Source of the DNA: a virus
Taxonomy: Duplodnaviria; Caudoviricetes
Length of the DNA stretch: 64,000 nucleotides
Strand: one strand, 5' to 3'
Virus record (IMG/VR): IMGVR_UViG_2974655483_000001
Coordinates: 32,001 to 96,000 of that record
In this document: in pieces, positions 42,342 through 54,100 of the stretch
How the letters are laid out: every line of letters starts with the position of its first letter
Position numbering within the stretch: the first letter of the stretch is position 1
The notes under the pieces: generated by a model
Databases searched by the model: none
What the model saw: the letters and a program-made list of their open reading frames with translations, nothing else
Told to the model about the DNA's origin: nothing
Translations under genes and position numbers: made by a program

Positions 42342-45300
42342 ATGGCAAGAACAGTACCTGGATCAGGAGCGCAGATTAAACCGATCTTCGATGAAGTTTT
42401 TGGTGTTCGCTCTGTAGAATTAATTAGTGGTGGAACTGGATACGATCCTGCCGACCCTCCAAGATTGACAATCGATGGTTGTGGCACTCCTGCTCAAGAA
42501 GCATTGCTATATCCAATTATTGATGAAGATTCGGGAAGAATTGTTCATGTTCGTGTTCTTCAAAGAGGTAGGGGTTATGATCCCTTAAGACTTAAGATTG
42601 TTCCTACATCTGAAACACCAAATGTTTTAGATTCTTTTGATATCAATAGAATCTGGCAAAATCATCCAAATTCCTTGACAAGAGGAACCTTCCAGACTTC
42701 TGGTACACCTGCTGTTAAAACTGATAGACTTCGTATTGAGTCTGACAATCATCCTAAACCTACTTGGATATTAGCAGAGGCGCAACCTGGAGGTTCTGGA
42801 AATATTGTAGATAGATCTTTTGATCAAGTTTTTGTATATCGTGGTGGTAAAGATGTTCCTTATGTAGGAACTAGAAGTTTTCAAAACAATAAATCTTTAG
42901 GAATTCTGGCAAACGGTGGTTTATTGCATACTCCAGAATGGGGTACTTTTGGAAATGCACCAACAAACTTTTCTATTGATACTGTAAAATATGACTATGT
43001 TAAAGATACTGATGCTAATGATGTAATTGTTGACAGTACAACGCATTATTATCAGACCAGTAAAGTAATTAATGAATTTGATAATCCTAATGGTGTATTT
43101 CAGTGGGGAGCGCAAGAACAGTTTGTTTGGAATATCAAGGTAGAGTTTGATAATATCATGCTTTACGTTGATAACGTAGATGAAACTTTAAATCCGATTG
43201 AAGTTGGTAGAACGATAAACGAGGTGGGGGGAATCGCTTCTGGAGAGATCGCAAAAATTGTCCGAAATGATCAAGACCAGATTATTAGAATTTATTTAAG
43301 AGATGTTGTAGGGACATTTGAAACAACTGATTTTATCTTAGGATCTACTGGATTTACATTTAGAATCAATGGTGACCCAGTTCTATTCCCTAATGGTCTC
43401 TTCTATATTGATTTTGGCGTTGATGCTCAGGAGTTTGGTTCATTTACTCCTGGAAAATATTACCTTGCTCCAGAAAGTATCAAGGTCCAAAGAAACTATC
43501 TGATTATTTGGAATCAATCTGATGCCACAAATCAACCAAGTGCTTTACATGCTCAAGGACATCCAATGCAGTTTAGTACTACCCAGGATGGGGCTCTAAA
43601 CAACGGCACTCTATATTATAGTAGTACAGGTGCATCTGCTGCCCCTGCTTCTGATTATGAGAATGAGTTTAACCCATTGTTCATAATGAATGCGGATGAA
43701 ACTAATCGCATTTACTATTATTGCAAAGTCCATCGCTACATGTCTGGATATGAAGGCGATGAAGGATACATGTATCTCGATCCCGAAATTGAGGAAGAGG
43801 AAGAAGAGAACATAAACACCTACTATGTCGAAGACTTTTTCGGCACAGAGGTAGCAGGAACGAAAGATTTATCTAGACATGTAGACGGTCACTCAAAAGT
43901 TCTTGGTATGTCCTTTGATGGATATCCTATTTACGGACCATTTGGATATGTTACTGGTAGAACTGTCGGTAGAATGACGAGTTCTTTTAGATTAAAAACT
44001 ACTGAAGAACTTTCTGGTACTAGAGAAGAAGTTGTAACTGCAAGTACAATAACTTATACTGTTACTGTTTCAAATTCTAAATTTTATTTTGATGGGCAAG
44101 AAGAACAGTTACTGAATCTTAAAAGAGGAAAAACTTATATCTTCAATCAAGATGATGCTAGCAACACTGGTGATGGCAACTTCTTGATGTTCTCTTTGAC
44201 AGAAGATGGTTGGCATAGTACAGGAAGTTCGCTTAATATTGGAACAACTTCATATCTATATGATGCTGAAGGTTTAGTTGAATATTATTTGGATGGAGTT
44301 TTAACACCATACGCAACATATTTGGGTGGATTTGCTGCTGCGACGACAAGAGAAGTTCGTATCACTATTCCTGTAAATTCACCTCGGGTTGCTTATGCTT
44401 TTTCATATTCAAATCCTGGTTATGGAATTCGTCTTGTTAATGAAGGATACATTCTTGGTGATTTAACTCAGGATTATATCTACGATGCTTCTGTAGGTAT
44501 TCTTGATCAATATAATGGTAAGTATGTTGTTACCCCAGAATATCCGAATGGTACTTATGCATATTTCATGACAGAGGATGGTAGTGGGAATCCAGTTTAT
44601 CCATATGCGATTGGTCCCCAGTACTATGGAACACCTATATTTGAAGGCGATGCTGTTCCCGATCAAGTATCAGTCTTCCCCATTGAAGCAGAAGGTGATA
44701 TTGTCCTTAATACTGATGGGACCGTATCATATATTAAGATGACTAAAAACGGTGATAACTTCTTTGGTGCGGCAAAGGCAGTTATTCTTGGAGGTGAAGG
44801 AACTGGTGCTTTGGCAACTCCTGTTACTCAAACTATTACTGGTTTATCACTGTTAAATGAAGGTAGAAGTTATGCAACACCACCAAACCTTATTTTTGAA
44901 GGTGGTGGTGGACAAGGTGCTGAGGGTGCAGCATCAATTGATACTCTTGGCAAAGTTACGTCGATTAATATTGTTGATGGTGGTGAATTCTATCAGACAG
45001 AACCCTATATTCTTCTGACTGGTGGTGGTGGACTTGGTGCAAAGGCAGAAGCAGTTATTAATCAAGGTGCTATTACTGGTATTAGTATTACTGATCCTGG
45101 CAAAGGATATACCTCTGCACCAAATGTTGTCTTCACCAGACTTGTAAATCTTAAGCGTAAAACAAGAGCTCGTCAGGCATTCAACTCTTCTGATATTTAC
45201 TTAACAGGTCTCACTAAATCACTCGGGTCTAGTGATACTACAGTTTATGTTTCTTCTACAGATGCATATCCAGGATCTGGTTCTCTTATAGTTAATAGGG

Positions 45301-46556
45301 AAACTATTTCATATACTGCTAAGAGTAGGGGTAGATTTACTGGAATTACTAGAGGCGTCAATTTTAAATATGACCAAAGAGTTATATTGGATGATGGACA
45401 AAATGATGCTGATGGAAATTCTAACTATCAGTTTAGTGTTGGTGATAGGGTAATTCGTAGGGTTGAGAGTGCTAATAACAAGATTGCTAAAGTATATGAT
45501 TGGGATCCTAGCACTAGAGAACTTCTAGTTGTATTTGAAGTTGATGAACTTGCATTTATTGATGGTGGTATTCCTTCAACAACTGATGCTATTGTTCAGT
45601 TTGATGCTGGTGTTGCAAATAGTAGTGGAACAGGTGTTCTTCCGCATACAATTATTGCTGCAGTTGGTAGCAGTATATCTACATTAACCGTACCTATTGC
45701 AACAATTGTAGATAGTGCGTTTGAGGATAATGATGAGAATGAAGATCCTTTAAATCCAGGAACATTTTTGGGAGATGGTATTGCAGATTTGATTAACACT
45801 GCTACAGATTATGCAAGTCAGATCAGTCTAGATGGTGGCATATATAATTCATTGTATGGTATTGAAGAGACTCAAGGTGGTCAAAATACTACATTACTTC
45901 AAGTTGGAGATAATATCAAAGACGCAGATATACCTTTCAAATTTGCCACAATTACTTCTGCAGGTGGATTGAGTGATGGCGTCGAACATCCTGTTCTTCT
46001 AACACTTACTTTAGACTCTTCTAATGGTAATGGTCAAAATTATAGTACAAATGAAATTGTAACTGGTGCTATCTCTGGTATTCAAGGAACGGTAGTATCT
46101 TGGGATACTACTACATCAAAATTAGTATTGAAGGATATTGTTCCTTTTAATACAAATAATGTCAATATTGGTGTAAATGGATATCTATATGAGTTCTCAA
46201 GTAACAGTACAGTTGTTGATGTAGTTGTTGTAAATAACGGAACAAACTACACTGCAGTTCCAAGTATTGTTATTGAAAGTACGGGTGATATTCAAGCAAC
46301 TGGTACTGTTGTTATGTCAACATCTGGTGACCGAGTAGATTCTATAACTATTACAAATGGAGGTTATGGAATTCCTCAAACAGTTGACAATAGTTATAAT
46401 CTACACCCTACAATCACATTTACAAATGCAGGTGGTGATTCGACAGGTTCTGGTGCAGCGGCTCAGGCAGTTTTGGGTGGAGAAAATGTGACTGGTAATG
46501 CTGGAGCGAGTTATCGTATCAAATCTATTGAATACTCTACATTAGTTCGTTCGTAA
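42342..46556 (+). CDS. Virion structural protein with YHYH-like and cupredoxin-like domains
   Basis: [20 protein letters not shown]...LDQYNG...[12 protein letters not shown]; GHPMQF...[12 protein letters not shown]; GxGY repeats. Confidence 0.75.
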   Translation: MARTVPGSGAQIKPIFDEVFGVRSVELISGGTGYDPADPPRLTIDGCGTPAQEALLYPIIDEDSGRIVHVRVLQRGRGYDPLRLKIVPTSETPNVLDSFDINRIWQNHPNSLTRGTFQTSGTPAVKTDRLRIESDNHPKPTWILAEAQPGGSGNIVDRSFDQVFVYRGGKDVPYVGTRSFQNNKSLGILANGGLLHTPEWGTFGNAPTNFSIDTVKYDYVKDTDANDVIVDSTTHYYQTSKVINEFDNPNGVFQWGAQEQFVWNIKVEFDNIMLYVDNVDETLNPIEVGRTINEVGGIASGEIAKIVRNDQDQIIRIYLRDVVGTFETTDFILGSTGFTFRINGDPVLFPNGLFYIDFGVDAQEFGSFTPGKYYLAPESIKVQRNYLIIWNQSDATNQPSALHAQGHPMQFSTTQDGALNNGTLYYSSTGASAAPASDYENEFNPLFIMNADETNRIYYYCKVHRYMSGYEGDEGYMYLDPEIEEEEEENINTYYVEDFFGTEVAGTKDLSRHVDGHSKVLGMSFDGYPIYGPFGYVTGRTVGRMTSSFRLKTTEELSGTREEVVTASTITYTVTVSNSKFYFDGQEEQLLNLKRGKTYIFNQDDASNTGDGNFLMFSLTEDGWHSTGSSLNIGTTSYLYDAEGLVEYYLDGVLTPYATYLGGFAAATTREVRITIPVNSPRVAYAFSYSNPGYGIRLVNEGYILGDLTQDYIYDASVGILDQYNGKYVVTPEYPNGTYAYFMTEDGSGNPVYPYAIGPQYYGTPIFEGDAVPDQVSVFPIEAEGDIVLNTDGTVSYIKMTKNGDNFFGAAKAVILGGEGTGALATPVTQTITGLSLLNEGRSYATPPNLIFEGGGGQGAEGAASIDTLGKVTSINIVDGGEFYQTEPYILLTGGGGLGAKAEAVINQGAITGISITDPGKGYTSAPNVVFTRLVNLKRKTRARQAFNSSDIYLTGLTKSLGSSDTTVYVSSTDAYPGSGSLIVNRETISYTAKSRGRFTGITRGVNFKYDQRVILDDGQNDADGNSNYQFSVGDRVIRRVESANNKIAKVYDWDPSTRELLVVFEVDELAFIDGGIPSTTDAIVQFDAGVANSSGTGVLPHTIIAAVGSSISTLTVPIATIVDSAFEDNDENEDPLNPGTFLGDGIADLINTATDYASQISLDGGIYNSLYGIEETQGGQNTTLLQVGDNIKDADIPFKFATITSAGGLSDGVEHPVLLTLTLDSSNGNGQNYSTNEIVTGAISGIQGTVVSWDTTTSKLVLKDIVPFNTNNVNIGVNGYLYEFSSNSTVVDVVVVNNGTNYTAVPSIVIESTGDIQATGTVVMSTSGDRVDSITITNGGYGIPQTVDNSYNLHPTITFTNAGGDSTGSGAAAQAVLGGENVTGNAGASYRIKSIEYSTLVRS

Positions 46557-46561
46557 CCTTC

Positions 46562-46568
46562 ATAAATA
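46562..46568 (+). promoter_or_regulatory. T4-type late promoter
   Basis: ATAAATA upstream of gp8. Confidence 0.7.
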
Positions 46569-46595
46569 AACAAGAGGACAATAATCCCTTAGGAA

Positions 46596-48128
46596 ATGGC
46601 AGCTCTATTAACTGATCAATTTAGGATTTTCTCAGCGAGAAAGTTCATTAAGGCATTGGAAGGACCCGATGCCACTCAGAGTGATGATGTAGCAGGTACT
46701 ACGAGAGATCGTTTGTATCTGTTCATTGGTCGTCCTCAAACTTGGGATAATGAAAATTCTCCTCCCCAAGCAATAGATTCCTTTCAGGAATTTTCTAGTT
46801 CTTATGATGACATGATCTCTTTGAAGCGTGTCCTCGCTTCAGATACGGTTCAGGTTGTTCGTCGTATTGATTGGGTTTCTCCAGAGCAAACTACAGGTGG
46901 ACTTGGTTTCACCTATGATATGTATCGTCATGATTACTCTCCTAGTAAGACTGCTTCCTCTGGTGCTACCAAACTGTATGATTCAGATTTTTATGTTGTA
47001 AACTCACAATATCAAGTTTACAAGGTAATCTATAACGGAACATCTCCTTCGGATCCCAACGGCAAACCCTCTACAGTTGAACCTACAGGTTCCTCTACTA
47101 GTATTATTACTACAGGTGATGGGTATCGTTGGAAGTACATGTATACAATTCCTGTCGCCTCGGTTCTTAAGTTTTTCTCTAATGATTATATGCCCGTCTT
47201 TACAAATGACGCGGTAAGAACCAATGCTGTTTCTGGAGAGATTGATACTGTAGTTATTAGTTCTGCAGGTTCTGGATACAATAATGGCACATACGATAAT
47301 GTTGCTATTAACGGTGATGGTACTGGTGGTAGAGTTTCTATTGTTATTGATGGCGGCAGAATTATTTCTGCTACTGTAACCTCTGGTGGTACTGGATATA
47401 CATTTGGTAAAATCAGTATTGATTCTATTACTGGTATTGGTACTGGTGCTAGTGGTATTGTTGATGTTATCATGCCTCCTCCTGGTGGTCATGGTTCTGA
47501 CTCTGTTGTAGAACTTGGTGCATTCCGAGTTATGGTTAACGCTAAACTTTCTTATGATGAAGGTGCTGGTGATTTCCCGATCGATAACGACTACCGTCGT
47601 ATTGGTCTTGTTACCAATCCTCTGAAGTTTGGTACTGAAGAACTCATTTCGGATTTGACAGTTTCTGCTGCTAAAGCAGTTATCTTCTCTCCTACATTCC
47701 AAGGCAACTATGTTCCTGATGAAATTATTACTCAAACAAGAGTTGTTGGTGGTACAAGCATCACCGCTCGTGGTAGAGTAGTTTCATGGAATCCTACTAC
47801 TAAAGTATTGAAGTACTATCAGAACTCAATTGATGGTATTTTCCCTGAAGTTACAGGCACGCAAAATGAACTTGACGGGTCTAATGTTATCAGTGGGGCA
47901 ACTTCTGGTGCTGCTGGGCAACCAGATGTAAACTTCCCTGCTGTTCCCAACTCATCTTCCCGAACAATTAATAATACGGAATATGATTTGGGTATGAAAT
48001 TTAATAATGGTTATGCGAAACCCGAAATCAAATCAAACAGCGGTAATGTTGTTTACATAGATAATAGACGAGCAATCAGTCGTGCAAACGACCAGGTAGA
48101 AGACATCAAAATCGTAATCGAATTCTAA
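46596..48128 (+). CDS. gp8: Baseplate wedge subunit gp8
   Basis: MAALLTDQFRI, LYLFIGRPQTW, GDGYRWKYMYTI, YIDNRRAISRANDQVEDIKIVIEF. Confidence 0.93.
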   Translation: MAALLTDQFRIFSARKFIKALEGPDATQSDDVAGTTRDRLYLFIGRPQTWDNENSPPQAIDSFQEFSSSYDDMISLKRVLASDTVQVVRRIDWVSPEQTTGGLGFTYDMYRHDYSPSKTASSGATKLYDSDFYVVNSQYQVYKVIYNGTSPSDPNGKPSTVEPTGSSTSIITTGDGYRWKYMYTIPVASVLKFFSNDYMPVFTNDAVRTNAVSGEIDTVVISSAGSGYNNGTYDNVAINGDGTGGRVSIVIDGGRIISATVTSGGTGYTFGKISIDSITGIGTGASGIVDVIMPPPGGHGSDSVVELGAFRVMVNAKLSYDEGAGDFPIDNDYRRIGLVTNPLKFGTEELISDLTVSAAKAVIFSPTFQGNYVPDEIITQTRVVGGTSITARGRVVSWNPTTKVLKYYQNSIDGIFPEVTGTQNELDGSNVISGATSGAAGQPDVNFPAVPNSSSRTINNTEYDLGMKFNNGYAKPEIKSNSGNVVYIDNRRAISRANDQVEDIKIVIEF

Positions 48129-51100
48129 TGGCACAAAATACCAATCTAAACGTTACACCCTATTACGACGATTTCGATAAAGATAAGAATTTTTATCGAG
48201 TTCTATTTCGTCCTGGATTTCCAATTCAGGCGAGAGAACTTACTACAATGCAGAGCATTCTGCAAAACCAGGTTGAGAATGTAGGTTCTCACCTGTTTAA
48301 GGATGGTGCAATGGTCATCCCAGGTCAAGTGGGTTATGACTTGACTGTCGATGCTATCATGCTTCAAGAATCTTTCCTTGGTGCTGATGTTGAGTCTTAT
48401 AGATCTCAATTGGATGGATTAATTATTGAAGGTTTGACAACTGGTGTTAAGGCAAAAGTTTTATATAGTATTTCCTCAACGGAATCTGATAAGGGATATA
48501 TTACATTATATTTAAAGTACATCGAATCTGGCGGTACTAATAATTCTACTGAACTGTTTGCAAGTAATGAACAGTTAGTTACAGATACGGAAATTACTTT
48601 CGGCACAACTCTAATTGAGGTAGGTTCTCCTTTCGCTCAGTTATTGCCTACAGATGCACTACAACAAGGTTCTGTCTCATATGTGCAGCAAGGAGTTTAT
48701 TTCATTAGAGGATTCTTTGTTGATGTAGATTATCAATATATCCTCCTTGATCAATATGGAAGTAACCCCTCCTATCGTATCGGTCTCAACATTCAAGAAT
48801 CGATTGTTACCCCAGAAGACGACCTTAGTCTTAACGATAACGCTGCTGGAACATCTAACTATGCTGCTCCTGGTTCTCATAGATTTAGAATCAAAACAAC
48901 ATTAATCAAGAAACTTTTAACCGATGATGCTGACAAGAACTTCATCGAACTTCTTCGTATCAACAACTCTAAGGTAGAGAAGTTAGTTGATAGAAGTGCG
49001 TTAAATGAACTAGAAAAAGGTCTTGCATTAAGAACTTATGAGGAATCTGGTAATTATGTTGTAAAAGATTTTGAAATTTCCGTCAGAGAAAGTCTTGATG
49101 ATGGATTCAATAATGGTGTATATCCTGCAGGAGCAACAACTTCTAATGGAACTGCTACCTCCGATGCCAAATATGCTGTTGAATTTGGTGCTGGTATTGC
49201 ATATATTAAAGGTTATAGAGTTAAGCGTCTTTCTCCATCGTATGTCGATTTAGACAAACCCCGTGAAACTCTAGATGCACAAAACGTCATTGTCCCATTT
49301 GAAATGGGTAACTTTAGTAATGTTACTAATATTTTTGGATTCCCGAATACATCAGGTTCCACTATTACCAATGCATATCATACTTTAGAATTAAGAGATA
49401 CTGCTAGTTCTTCTGCAGGTTCTGCTGCAGGTGATTTGATTGGATACGCTAGAGTCACATCAATCGAGCACCTTAACGATCCTGACAATACCTTTGGTAA
49501 TGCGGATGACCAGTATAAACTGAACGTCATGGATGTTCAGATGTTCACTGTATTGGAACTTGCTAGTGCTAAAAGTATTGCTCAAGGTTCTTTGGTGATT
49601 GGTGGCACTTCTGGTGCTAGAGCATATATTGTATCTGCTACAACTTCTAGTGATAGAGTTGATGTATATCAAGTAGAAGGAACATTTTTACAAAATGAAA
49701 TGCTTCTTGTTGATGGTGCATTCCTTGATACTATTAATCATATCCATAGTTATCAGTATTCAGATACCCGTCAATTTGTTGCTAGAGATGAGTCAACTTC
49801 TGCTATTGAGTTTACTGCAGATTTAGTTCTTGAAGATGTTCAGTTGGTGGAAGGTAGTACTTTCACTTATAATGCAACTGGTGGATCTGAAACTATCACA
49901 GGTCTACAATCAAACTTTGCCTTAGATCTTCGTCCTGGAGATAGAATCTACTTCAATAGTACTGAATTTGTAACTGTTGATCTTGTCACTCCTGGAGATC
50001 TTGCAACAGGAAGTAGTGCATCTATCTTTGACTATATAAATCAGGTTGTTAATGTAACTCCTCCTGGCAGCAACTTCCCTAGTGCAGGAACTTATAATAC
50101 CCTACTTAGATATAGATCTAAACTATTTGATGTTGCAAATGCAGACCTTCTTAGCGATATGCCTAAGAAGTATATTAAGAGTATTTCTGACGAATCTATG
50201 ATCGTTAGAAGAACTTTTGATGCCCAAACAGTTTCTTCTGATTCAATCTCAATCACACTGCCAGAGAATGAGCAGTTTGAAAGTATTACCGATGAAGCAT
50301 ATACTGTAACTGTATTAGCAGGTACAAATGGCACTCATCCTGTAGGAGATCAAATTACCTTGGACACTGTTACTACTAGTGCTCTTGGTTATACCTCATT
50401 CACATCAGCAGACAGAACTACTCTTCAGATTGAGAATCTTACAAATATCACATCAGTTAAAGTAACTGCCACAGTTTCTAAGAATGTAACTGTCAGAAAA
50501 ACTAAATCTGGCAATGAGATGTTTGTTTTAAAGGTAACAAATACTACTGCTAATTTAGATAAGCAAAATTATAACCTAACATATTCTAACCTTTATGGTA
50601 CTAGAATTGAAGATAAGGAGTTGTCCCTTGGTCTGACAGATAGTTATAGATTACATGCAGTATATGAGTCTAATGATGATGACGATCCTGTCCTTCCATC
50701 AGTAATTTTGGTTGAACCTGTATTCTTTGCTAATGGCACTATTGTAACTGGTAGAACATCTAAATCAAGAGCAAAGGTTGTTGATTTTGCATCGGGTAGT
50801 TTAAAACTTAGTTTAGTTTATATCACTGGTTCGTTCATATCTGGTGAAACCTTGGATGGTTTTGATAGTACTGGGGCAGCGATTTCTGCAATTATTAACG
50901 ACAGCGAAGGTTCTATTGTAGCTGGTTCTAAAGTCGTAACTGATAATTACTTCCTGGAAGTCGCACAAACTGGTTTTATCTATAATATCTCTAGGGTTGT
51001 TCGCAAAAAAGGTACTATTGCCCCTATCAGAAAACTAAAACTTGTTCTCGATTACTATTCACACTCTTCAACGGGTGATTATTTTGGTGGTCAGTCATAT

Positions 51101-54100
51101 CTGAATACTGCTTATACCGATATTCCTTTCTTTGGATTTAAATTCCTTGCAGATTACTTGGATTTCCGTCCAGGTGTAAAGAATTTGTATAGTGGAACTG
51201 GTACTGTAGCATCTCCAGCATATGTAAACTGTTCCACATTCGACTTTAAGTCACGAGTATTTAATATTTCAGGCACTCCAAACGCAACTGTCTTTGATAT
51301 TCCTAAGTTGAACAGCAACTTCCGTTGTGATTTTGATTGGTATTTACCTAGAAAGGATAAAGCATTCGTCACACCTGATGGAGAGTTCCAGATTATTAAG
51401 GGTAAGTCTTCAGATATTCCAGAAGAACCCGATGATTTAAAAGATGGTATGCTTCTGGCAACTATTAGTCACAAACCATATGGTTTTGATCCTGAAAATG
51501 ATACTGTAATTGTCCGTTCTGATAATAGACGATATACGATGCGAGACATCGGTGCTATTGAGCGTCGTTTAGATCAAGTCGAATATTACACATCACTCAA
51601 TCTACTTGAAAGTGATACCTTCAATAGTCAGATTTTGGATTCTAGTGGAAAAAATCGTTTAAAGAATGGATTTATTGTTGATGACTTCAGTGATCATGGC
51701 AAATCAGATACTTCTCATGAAGATTTTTCAGCGGCACTTGATTTTGAGTATGGGGAATGCCGTCCAGCACACTACACAACCAATGTCCCTTTAATTATTA
51801 ACGAAAGTCTCTCAACAAATTATCAGCAGACTGGTCCTCTAATCACATTACCTTACACTGAATTTAAAATTATTGAGCAACCATATGCATCTAGAGTTGA
51901 AAATATCAACCCATTTAATGTCTTCACATATATTGGGCGTATTACATTAACTCCTGGTTCTGATGATTGGTTGGATACTTCTAGAGTTCCTGCAAGAGTC
52001 ACTCAAATTGAAGGAGATTTCCAACAGGTTTCTTCTGAAATGAATGTTGACCAGAATGGTTTTGCTCCTATCCAATGGAGAGCATGGCAAACTAATTGGA
52101 TTGGTGAAAGAGTTCTTGGTTCATCAACTGTAAGAAACACAGGATGGTTAGCAGAAGATAGAGGTAGATCTCCATTGCCTGGTGTCTGGGGTGGTCGTGG
52201 TATGCGTCGTATTAATAGAACGACAACAATTGAAGCGGTAAGCGGACAAACTCGTGAAGGTGTAAGAAGTAGAGTTATTCCTAGAATTGATAGACAATCT
52301 TTAGGTGATAGCATTCTTTCTAGCACAAGTATTCCTTGGATTCGTTCCAGAAATATTGATGTTGATGTTGCTCGCTTAAAGCCAAGAACTCGTTTCTATT
52401 CATTCTTTGATGGAAGATCTACAGTCGATTATCAAGTTCCTAAGATGATTGAAATCATTAAGGATCCATCTATTGATACCAGAACAAACTCCACACCATT
52501 CGTTATTGGTGAAACTGTAACAGGTTTGACTTCTGGTTGTAAGTTCAAAGTTGCTGCGCCAAATGACTTCTATAGGTTTAATCCATATGATGACAGCGCA
52601 CTTCCAGATTCTTATGCATCTACAACAGCATTCCTGAATATTGATACTATTGAATTGTCTAAGCAGGCAACTGGTGACTATTATGGAAACTTCCAAGTTC
52701 AGGAAGTTTTAGTTGGTACTTCTGGTGCAACAGCAGTTGTAAGAGACCGTCGTTTAATTTCAGATCGTTTCGGCAAACTTAGAACTTCATTCTTTATTCC
52801 ATCTCCATCTCTTGATACCAATCCTAGATGGGCAACTGGTACTAGAACATTGAGACTATCTACTTCTGATGTTGACTCACGTCTTGCGGGTGCAGTAGCA
52901 TCTGCCGCTGAAACTAATTATGAAGCATCTGGTACTTTGAACACTATCCAAGAAAATGTTCTTGCTGTTCGTAATGCTGATGTTGTTCGTGATACGGTAA
53001 CTCAGAATAGAACAATTCGTTCTACTAGAACTGAACTTAGACAGATTGGTTGGTATGACCCTCTGGCACAATCATTCATCGTCGATGAAACTGATGGTGT
53101 GTTCTTAACTTCTATTGATGTATATTTCTTTAAGAAAGATGCCAGTATTCCTGTTTCGATGCAAATCAGAACTATGGAAAATGGTTATCCAACAACAACT
53201 ATTCTGCCATTCTCTGATGTAACTCTTGAACCAGACTCGGTTCAGTTGTCAGAATCTGCTGCTGTTGCAACTAAGTTTACATTTGATGCACCAGTATTCA
53301 TCCCTCAGTCAGTTGAGCATTGTTTTGTTCTCTTATCAGACTCCAACTCTTATCAGATTTGGATCTCTAGAATGGGAGAACAAGATATTAGTGGAGACAG
53401 AACAATTTCTGAGCAACCTTATGCTGGTGTTCTATTCAAATCACAGAACGCATCTACATGGACTGCTGACCAGTATGAAGATCTCAAGTTTATTGTCAAC
53501 CGAGCAGAGTTCACCAATACATTAAACAGTAGAGTTGTTGTTAATAATACTGCGTTAGCTAGAGGTAATGGTGGTGAGTTGAATCTTCGCAGAGATGCCA
53601 TTCAGACATTCACTCCTGAGTTGGTATTGACATTAAACTCCACTACATTACCTTATACCGTTGGATCTCGTATCTACCAAAAAACTACTTTGGCAGAAGG
53701 TACTATCTCCGCTGTACAAACTACTGTTGCTGGAGTTCTACTGACAATCAAAGACATTAGTGGCAGTTGGGCAGCAGGTTCTAATACTGGTGGAGTTATT
53801 ACTAACCGCATAGTATCATCTAAGACACTAGCAACTATGGTTGTTAGTACTCCCACAGGAGACTTCACTCCTGGTGAAACTATTACTGGTAATAGTGCTG
53901 ATGCACCAACTGCAGAAGTTGTAACTTGGAACTCGGGAACCAATACATTAACACTCCGTTATGTATCTACCGACTTTACTGCTTCTACAGAAACTATTAC
54001 TGGAGGAACATCTGCTATTACAGCAACAGTTAGTACTGTCAGTTATAGTGGAGACGCTATCGAATCTTCTGCAGTCAGTGATTCATTCGTTAGTGCTACA

